DNA of 64,000 nucleotides from Eledone cirrhosa. Taxonomy: Eukaryota. The position numbers and the translations under genes were made by a program. The stretch lies in assembly GCA_964016885.1 (NCBI GenBank), contig OZ024758.1, forward strand, positions 34,286,001 through 34,350,000. The letters run 5' to 3'. This document shows, in pieces, positions 55,601-64,000 of the stretch (the stretch's first letter is position 1; every line of letters starts with the position of its first letter). Under the pieces are notes generated by a model. The model saw only the letters and a list, made by a program, of their open reading frames with translations, was not told the origin of the DNA and did not search any database.

Positions 55601-57254
55601 CAGAAGTCACTCCACTGTTGGTGACAATTCATTTAAGTTCATGGTACTAGCTGTCAGAAGTAACCCCAATGTTGGTGAGAATTCATTTAAGTTCATGGTA
55701 TTAGCTGTCAGAAGTCACTCCAATGTTGGTGAGAATTCATTTAAGTTTGTGGTATTAGCTGTCAGAAGTAACTCCACTGTTGGTGAGAATTCATTTAAGT
55801 TCATTGTATTAGCTGTCAGAAGTAACTCCACTGTTGGTGAGAATTCATTTAAGTTCATGGTATTAGCTGTCAGAAGGAACTCCAATGTTGGTGAGAATTC
55901 ATTTAAGTCATGGTACTAGCTGTCAGAAGTAACTCCAATGTTGGTGAGAATTCATTTAAGTTCATGGTATTAGCTCTCAGAAGTAACTCCACTGTTGGTG
56001 AGAATTCATTTAAGTTCATGGTATTAGCTGTCAGAAGTAACTCCACTGTTGGTGAGAATTCATTTAAGTTCATGGTATTAGCTGTCAGAAGTAACTCCAC
56101 TGTTGGTGAGAATTCATTTAAGTTCATGGTATTAGCTGTCAGAAGTAACTCCACTGTTGGTGAGAATTCATTTAAGTTCATGGTATTAGTTTGTCAGAAG
56201 TAACTCCACTGTTGGTGAGAATTCATTTACGTCATGGTATTAGCTGTCAGAAGTAACTCCAATGTTGGTGAGAGATCATTTAAGTTCATGGTATTAGCTG
56301 TCAGAAGTAACTCCACTGTTGGTGAGAATTCATTTAAGTTCATGGTATTAGCTGTCAGAAGTAACTCCACTGTTGGTGAGAATTCATTTAAGTTCATGGT
56401 ACTAGCTGTCAGAAGTAACTCCACTGTTGGTAAGAATTCATTTTAGTTCATGGTATTAGTTGTCAGAAGTAACTCCACTGTTGGTGAGAATTCATTTAAG
56501 TCATGGTATTAGTTGTCAGCAGTAACTCCAATGTTGGTGAGAATTCATTTAAGTTCATGGTACTAGCTGTCAGAAGTAACTCCACTGTTGGTGAGAATTC
56601 ATTTAAGTTCATGGTATTAGCTGTCAGAAGTAACTCCACTGTTGGTGAGAATTCATTTAAGTCATGGTATTAGCTGTCAGAAGTAACTCCATTGTTGGTG
56701 AGAATTCATTTAAGTCATGGTACTAGCTGTCAGAAGTAACTCCAATGTTGGTGAGAATTCATTTAAGTTCATGGTATTAGCTGTCAGAAGTAACTCCACT
56801 GTTGGTGAGAATTCATTTAAGTTCATGGTATTAGCTGTCAGAAGTAACTCCACTGTTGGTGAGAATTCATTTAAGTTCATGGTACTAGCTGTCAGAAGTA
56901 ACTCCACTGTTGGTGAGAATTCATTTAAGTTCATGGTATTAGCTGTCAGAAGTAACTCCAATGTTGGTGAGAATTCATTTAAGTTCATGGTATTAGCTGT
57001 CAGAAGTAACTCCACTGTTGGTGAGAATTCATTTAAGTTCATGGTACTAGCTGTCAGAAGTAACTCCACTGTTGGTGAGAATTCATTTAAGTTCATGGTA
57101 TTAGTTTGTCAGAAGTAACTCCACTGTTGGTGAGAATTCATTTAAGTCATGGTATTAGTTGTCAGAAGTAACTCCAATGTTGGTGAGAATTCATTTAAGT
57201 TCATGGTATTAGCTGTCAGAAGTAACTCCACTGTTGGTGAGAATTCATTTAAGT
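52678..57254. repeat. Tandem duplication, offset 2316 bp (43 monomers): ~52678-54938 and ~54994-57254
   Basis: ORF starts 52731/55047, 53594/55910, 53918/56234 and 54401/56717. Shared private variants are CTCTCAGATGT, GTTAATGG, GGTGACAATT, GTTTGTGG and TTACGTC. Confidence 0.92.
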
Positions 57255-59081
57255 TCATGGTATTAGCTGTCAGAGGTAACTCCACTGTTGGTGAGAATTC
57301 ATTTAAGTCATGGTATTAGCTGTCAGAAGTAACTCCATTGTTGGTGAGAATTCATTTAAGTCATGGTACTAGCTGTCAAAAGTAACTCCACTGTTGGTGA
57401 GAATTCATTTAAGTTCATGGTACTAGCTGTCAGAAGTAACTCCACTGTTGGTGAGAATTCATTTAAGTTCATGGTACTAGCTGTCAGAAGTAACTCCACT
57501 GTTGGTGAGAATTCATTTAAGTTCCTGGTATTAGCTGTCAGAAGGAACTCCAATGTTGGTGAGAATTCATTTAAGTCATGGTACTAGCTGTCAGAAGTAA
57601 CTCCACTGTTGGTGAGAATTCATTTAAGTTCATGGTATTAGCTGTCAGAAGGAACGCCACTGTTGGTGAGAATTCATTTAAGTTCATGGTATTAGCTGTC
57701 AGAAGTAACTCCACTGTTGGTGAGAATTCATTTAAGTTCATGGTACTAGCTGTCAGAAGTAACTCCACTGTTGGTGAGAATTCATTTAAGTTCATGGTAC
57801 TAGCTGTCAGAAGTAACTCCACTGTTGGTGAGAATTCATTTAAGTTCATGGTACTAGCTATCAGAAGTAACTCCACTGTTGGTGAGAATTCATTTAAATC
57901 ATGGTATTAGCTGTCAGAAGTAACTCCATTGTTGGTGAGAATTCATTTAAGTCATGGTACTAGCTGTCAGAAGTAACTCCAATGTTGATGAGAATTCATT
58001 TAAGTTCATGGTATTAGCTGTCAGAAGTAACTCCACTGTTGGTGATAATTCATTTAAATCATGGTATTAGCTGTCAGAAGTAACTCCATTGTTGGTGAGA
58101 ATTCATTTAAGTCATGGTACTAGCTGTCAGAAGTAACTCCACTGTTGGTGAGAATTCATTTAAGTTCATGGTATTAGCTGTCAGAAGTAACTCCACTGTT
58201 GGTGAGAATTCATTTAAGTTCATGGTACTAGCTGTCAGAAGTAACTCCACTGTTGGTGAGAATTCATTTAAGTTCATGGTATTAGTTTGTCAGAAGTAAC
58301 TCCACTGTTGGTGAGAATTCATTTAAGTCATGGTATTAGTTGTCAGAAGTAACTCCAATGTTGGTGAGAATTCATTTAAGTTCATGGTACTAGTTGTCAG
58401 AAGTAACTCCACTGTTGGTAAGAATTCATTTTAGTTCATGGTATTAGTTGTCAGAAGTAACTCCACTGTTGGTGAGAATTCATTTAAGTCATGGTATTAG
58501 TTGTCAGAAGTAACTCCAATGTTGGTGAGAATTCATTTAAGTTCATGGTACTAGCTGTCAGAAGTAACTCCACTGTTGGTGAGAATTCATTTAAGTTCAT
58601 GGTATTAGCTGTCAGAAGTAACTCCACTGTTGGTGAGAATTCATTTAAGTCATGGTATTAGCTGTCAGAAGTAACTCCATTGTTGGTGAGAATTCATTTA
58701 AGTCATGGTACTAGCTGTCAGAAGTAACTCCAATGTTGATGAGAATTCATTTAAGTTCATGGTATTAGCTGTCAGAAGTAACTCCACTGTTGGTGAGAAT
58801 TCATTTAAGTTCATGGTATTAGCTGTCAGAAGTAACTCCACTGTTGGTGAGAATTCATTTAAGTTCATGGTACTAGCTGTCAGAAGTAACTCCACTGTTG
58901 GTGAAAATTCATTTAAGTTCATGGTATTAGTTTGTCAGAAGTAACTCCACTGTTGGTGAGAATTCATTTAAGTCATGGGATTAGTTGTCAGAAGTAACTC
59001 CAATGTTGGTGAGAATTCATTTAAGTTCATGGTATTAGCTGTCAGAAGTAACTCCATTGTTGGTGAGAATTCATTTAAGTC

Positions 59082-59459
59082 ATGGTACTAGCTGTCAGAA
59101 GTAACTCCACTGTTGGTGAGAATTCATTTAAGTTCATGGTACTAGCTGTCAGAAGTAACTCCACTGTTGGTGAGAATTCATTTAAGTTCATGGTACTAGC
59201 TGTCAGAAGTAACTCCACTGTTGGTGAGAATTCATTTAAGTTCATGGTACTAGCTGTCAGAAGTAACTCCACTGTTGGTGAGAATTCATTTAAGTTCATG
59301 GTACTAGCTGTCAGAAGTAACTCCACTGTTGGTGAGAATTCATTTAAGTTCATGGTACTAGCTGTCAGAAGTAACTCCACTGTTGGTGAGAATTCATTTA
59401 AGTTCATGGTACTAGCTGTCAGAAGTAACTCCACTGTTGGTGAGAATTCATTTAAGTTC
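59082..59459. repeat. Run of seven identical 54-bp GTACTAG-type monomers
   Basis: Seven consecutive copies of ATGGTACTAGCTGTCAGAAGTAACTCCACTGTTGGTGAGAATTCATTTAAGTTC. Confidence 0.9.
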
Positions 59460-61289
59460 ATGGTATTAGTTTGTCAGAAGTAACTCCACTGTTGGTGAGA
59501 ATTCATTTAAGTCATGGTATTAGTTGTCAGAAGTAACTCCAATGTTGGTGAGAATTCATTTAAGTCATGGTACTAGCTGTCAGAAGTAACTCCAATGTTG
59601 GTGAGAATTCATTTAAGTTCATGGTATTAGCTCTCAGAAGTAACTCCACTGTTGGTGAGAATTCATTTAAGTTCATGGTACTAGCTGTCAGAAGTAACTC
59701 CACTGTTGGTGAGAATTCATTTAAGTTCATGGTATTAGTTTGTCAGAAGTAACTCCACTGTTGGTGAGAATTCGTTTAAGTCATGGTATCAGTTGTCAGA
59801 TGTAACTCCAATGTTGGTGAGAATTCATTTAAGTCATGGTACTAGCTGTCAGAAGTAACTCCAATGTTGGTGAGAATTCATTTAAGTTCATGGTATTAGC
59901 TCTCAGAAGTAACTCCACTGTTGGTGAGAATTCATTTAAGTTCATGGTATTAGCTGTCAGAAGTAACTCCACTGTTGGTGAGAATTCATTTAAGTTCATG
60001 GTATTAGCTGTCAGAAGTAACTCCACTGTTGGTGAGAATTCATTTAAGTTCATGGTATTAGCTGTCAGAAGGAACTCCAATGTTGGTGAGAATTCATTTA
60101 AGTCATGGTACTAGCTGTCAGAAGTAACTCCACTGTTGGTGAGAATTCATTTAAGTTCATGGTATTAGCTGTCAGAAGGAACACTACTGTTGGTGAGAAT
60201 TCATTTAAGTTCATGGTATTAGCTGTCAGAAGTAACTCCACTGTTGGTGAGAATTCATTTAAGTTCATGGTACTAGCTGTCAGAAGTAACTCCAATGTTG
60301 GTGAGAATTCATTTAAGTTCATGGTACTAGCTGTCAGAAGTAACTCCACTGTTGGTGAGAATTCATTTAAGTTCATGGTACTAGCTGTCAGAAGTAACTC
60401 CACTGTTGGTGAGAATTCATTTAAGTTCATGGTATTAGTTTGTCAGAAGTAACTCCACTGTTGGTGAGAATTCATTTAAGTCATGGTATTAGTTGTCAGA
60501 AGTAACTCCAATGTTGGTGAGAATTCATTTAAGTCATGGTACTAGCTGTCAGAAGTAACTCCAATGTTGGTGAGAATTCATTTAAGTTCATGGTATTAGC
60601 TCTCAGAAGTAACTCCACTGTTGGTGAGAATTCATTTAAGTTCATGGTACTAGCTGTCAGAAGTAACTCCACTGTTGGTGAGAATTCATTTAAGTTCATG
60701 GTATTAGTTTGTCAGAAGTAACTCCACTGTTGGTGAGAATTCGTTTAAGTCATGGTATCAGTTGTCAGATGTAACTCCAATGTTGGTGAGAATTCATTTA
60801 AGTCATGGTACTAGCTGTCAGAAGTAACTCCAATGTTGGTGAGAATTCATTTAAGTTCATGGTATTAGCTCTCAGAAGTAACTCCACTGTTGGTGAGAAT
60901 TCATTTAAGTTCATGGTATTAGCTGTCAGAAGTAACTCCACTGTTGGTGAGAATTCATTTAAGTTCATGGTATTAGCTGTCAGAAGTAACTCCACTGTTG
61001 GTGAGAATTCATTTAAGTTCATGGTATTAGCTGTCAGAAGGAACTCCAATGTTGGTGAGAATTCATTTAAGTCATGGTACTAGCTGTCAGAAGTAACTCC
61101 ACTGTTGGTGAGAATTCATTTAAGTTCATGGTATTAGCTGTCAGAAGGAACACTACTGTTGGTGAGAATTCATTTAAGTTCATGGTATTAGCTGTCAGAA
61201 GTAACTCCACTGTTGGTGAGAATTCATTTAAGTTCATGGTACTAGCTGTCAGAAGTAACTCCAATGTTGGTGAGAATTCATTTAAGTTC
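59352..61289. repeat. Tandem duplication of a 969-bp (18-monomer) block
   Basis: ORF starts 59567/60536, 59836/60805 and 60105/61074. The copies share GTATCAGTTGTCAGATGT and GGAACACTACT. Confidence 0.88.
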
Positions 61290-64000
61290 ATGGTATTAGC
61301 TGTCAGAAGTAACTCCACTGTTGGTGAGAATTCATTTAAGTTCATGGTACTAGCTGTCAGAAGTAACTCCACTTTTGGTGAGAATTCATTTAAGTTCATG
61401 GTACTAGCTGTCAGAAGTAACTCCACTGTTGGTGAGAATTCATTTAAGTTCATGGTACTAGCTGTCAGAAGTAACTCCACTGTTGGTGAGAATTCATTTA
61501 AGTTCATGGTATTAGTTTGTCAGAAGTAACTCCACTGTTGGTGAGAATTCATTTAAGTCATGGTATTAGTTGTCAGAAGTAACTCCAATGTTGGTGAGAA
61601 TTCATTTAAGTCATGGTACTAGCTGTCAGAAGTAACTCCAATGTTGGTGAGAATTCATTTAAGTTCATGGTATTAGCTCTCAGAAGTAACTCCACTGTTG
61701 GTGAGAATTCGTTTAAGTTCATGGTATTAGCTGTCAGAAGTAACTCCACTGTTGGTGAGAATTCATTTAAGTTCATGGTATTAGCTGTCAGAAGTAACTC
61801 CACTATTGGTGAGAATTCATTTAAGTTCATGGTATTAGCTGTCAGAAGGAACACCAATGTTGGTGAGAATTCATTTAAGTCATGGTACTAGCTGTCAGAA
61901 GTAACTCCACTGTTGGTGAGAATTCATTTAAGTTCATGGTATTAGCTGTCAGAAGGAACGCCACTGTTGGTGAGAATTCATTTAAGTTCATGGTATTAGC
62001 TGTCAGAAGTAACTCCACTGTTGGTGAGAATTCATTTAAGTTCATGGTACTAGCTGTCAGAAGTAACTCCAATGTTGGTGAGAATTCATTTAAGTTCATG
62101 GTATTAGCTGTCAGAAGTAACTCCACTGTTGGTGAGAATTCATTTAAGTTCATGGTACTAGCTGTCAGAAGTAACTCCACTTTTGGTGAGAATTCATTTA
62201 AGTTCATGGTACTAGCTGTCAGAAGTAACTCCACTTTTGGTGAGAATTCATTTAAGTCATGGTACTAGCTGTCAGAAGTAACTCCAATGTTGGTGAGAAT
62301 TCATTTAAGTTCATGGTATTAGCTCTCAGAAGTAACTCCACTGTTGGTGAGAATTCATTTAAGTTCATGGTATTAGCTGTCAGAAGTAACTCCACTGTTG
62401 GTGAGAATTCATTTAAGTTCATGGTACTAGCTGTCAGAAGTAACTCCACTGTTGGTGAGAATTCATTTAAGTTCATGGTACTAGCTGTCAGAAGTAACTC
62501 CACTGTTGGTGAGAATTCATTTAAGTTCATGGTATTAGTTTGTCAGAAGTAACTCCACTGTTGGTGAGAATTCATTTAAGTCATGGTATCAGTTGTCAGA
62601 TGTAACTCCAATGTTGGTGAGAATTCATTTAAGTCATGGTACTAGCTGTCAGAAGTAACTCCAATGTTGGTGAGAATTCATTTAAGTTCATGGTATTAGC
62701 TCTCAGAAGTAACTCCACTGTTGGTGAGAATTCATTTAAGTTCATGGTATTAGCTGTCAGAAGTAACTCCACTGTTGGTGAGAATTCATTTAAGTTCATG
62801 GTATTAGCTGTCAGAAGTAACTCCACTGTTGGTGAGAATTCATTTAAGTTCATGGTATTAGCTGTCAGAAGGAACTCCAATGTTGGTGAGAATTCATTTA
62901 AGTCATGGTACTAGCTGTTAGAAGTAACTCCACTATTGGTGAGAATTCATTTAAGTTCATGGTATTAGCTGTCAGAACGAACACTACTGTTGGTGAGAAT
63001 TCATTTAAGTTCATGGTATTAGCTGTCAGAAGTAACTCCACTGTTGGTGAGAATTCATTTAAGTTCATGGTACTAGCTGTCAGAAGTAACTCCAATGTTG
63101 GTGAGAATTCATTTAAGTTCATGGTATTAGCTGTCAGAAGTAACTCCACTGTTGGTGAGAATTCATTTAAGTTCATGGTACTAGCTGTCAGAAGTAACTC
63201 CACTTTTGGTGAGAATTCATTTAAGTTCATGGTACTAGCTGTCAGAAGTAACTCCACTGTTGGTGAGAATTCATTTAAGTTCATGGTACTAGCTGTCAGA
63301 AGTAACTCCACTGTTGGTGAGAATTCATTTAAGTTCATGGTATTAGTTTGTCAGAAGTAACTCCACTGTTGGTGAGAATTCATTTAAGTCATGGTATTAG
63401 TTGTCAGAAGTAACTCCAATGTTGGTGAGAATTCATTTAAGTCATGGTACTAGCTGTCAGAAGTAACTCCAATGTTGGTGAGAATTCATTTACGTTCATG
63501 GTATTAGCTCTCAGAAGTAACTCCACTGTTGGTGAGAATTCGTTTAAGTTCATGGTATTAGCTGTCAGAAGTAACTCCACTGTTGGTGAGAATTCATTTA
63601 AGTTCATGGTATTAGCTGTCAGAAGTAACTCCACTGTTGGTGAGAATTCATTTAAGTTCATGGTATTAGCTGTCAGAAGGAACTCCAATGTTGGTGAGAA
63701 TTCATTTAAGTCATGGTACTAGCTGTCAGAAGTAACTCCACTGTTGGTGAGAATTCATTTAAGTTCATGGTATTAGCTGTCAGAAGGAACGCCACTGTTG
63801 GTGAGAATTCATTTAAGTTCATGGTATTAGCTGTCAGAAGTAACTCCACTGTTGGTGAGAATTCATTTAAGTTCATGGTACTAGCTGTCAGAAGTAACTC
63901 CAATGTTGGTGAGAATTCATTTAAGTTCATGGTATTAGCTGTCAGAAGTAACTCCACTGTTGGTGAGAATTCATTTAAGTTCATGGTACTAGCTGTCAGA
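60644..64000. repeat. Duplication with offset 1831 bp (34 monomers), second copy truncated by the window end
   Basis: ORF starts 60805/62636, 61074/62905 and 61613/63444. The copies share ACTTTTGG, AACACTACT and AATTCGTTT variants. Confidence 0.85.

Larger units (their letters stand above)
1..64000. repeat. 54-bp tandem satellite DNA array (EcoRI-site-containing monomer), ~1,190 head-to-tail copies, open at both window ends
   Basis: Every line of the window matches ATGGTA(T/C)TAGCTGTCAGAAGTAACTCCA(C/A)TGTTGGTGAGAATTCATTTAAGTTC with only a few differences per unit. ATG-to-ATG spacing is 54 bp, 53 bp where AAGTTC>AAGTC, and 52 bp where it becomes TTTAATC. No insertions or inversions were seen. 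Confidence 0.99.

Noticed and set aside
40-63984. Numerous + strand ORFs encoding (MVLAVRSNSTVGENSFKF)n, up to 470 aa at 26951-28363, and antisense ORFs encoding (MNLNEFSPTVELLLTANT)n
   Set aside because: 54 is a multiple of 3, so any stop-free 18-codon frame yields long ORFs, and this is expected by chance. The frames are broken every few units by recurrent 1-bp indels and stops, there are no unique N- or C-terminal domains, and most variants change amino acids freely. Only RNA-seq, Ribo-seq or proteomic evidence would reopen this.
1-64000. CRISPR or CRISPR-like repeat-spacer array
   Set aside because: There are no unique spacers because the entire unit is repeated. No leader or cas genes are present.
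1-64000. Antigenic-variation or diversity-generating cassette system suggested by the combinatorial monomer variants
   Set aside because: No expression site, recombinase, reverse transcriptase or unique flanks are present in the window. Variants are inherited in blocks, as expected from ordinary unequal exchange.
1-64000. Transposon insertion, strand inversion or telomeric repeats inside the array
   Set aside because: I saw no non-satellite sequence, no reverse-orientation monomers and no telomere-type motif runs while reading the window.
1-64000. Nucleosome-length periodicity (3 x 54 = 162 bp) or a CENP-B box
   Set aside because: There is no consistent trimer periodicity in the variant pattern, and the CpG-free consensus cannot match the CENP-B box core (TTCG....A..CGGG).

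Overview
The whole 64 kb window is one uninterrupted, head-to-tail, single-orientation tandem satellite array of roughly 1,190 monomers (64,000 / ~53.8 bp) that runs off both ends. The consensus 54-bp monomer is ATGGTA(T/C)TAGCTGTCAGAAGTAACTCCA(C/A)TGTTGGTGAGAATTCATTTAAGTTC. It is about 37% GC, has one EcoRI site, has no CpG, and has common 53-bp and rare 52-bp deletion variants. I see no unique sequence, genuine gene, RNA gene, mobile element or CRISPR spacer. All ORFs in the track are translations of the 18-codon repeat, broken at recurrent indels. The informative structure is in the order of monomer variants. Fixed multi-monomer cassettes are reshuffled into irregular higher-order repeats, there are nested 0.9-5 kb duplications, and private variants define successive regional domains. 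The window looks like eukaryotic heterochromatic, (peri)centromeric or subtelomeric satellite DNA, but I cannot assign a species or family name. I found no evidence for a new protein-coding system. Duplication offsets were derived by hand from the ORF track and checked against diagnostic variants, so boundaries are approximate to about one or two monomers.
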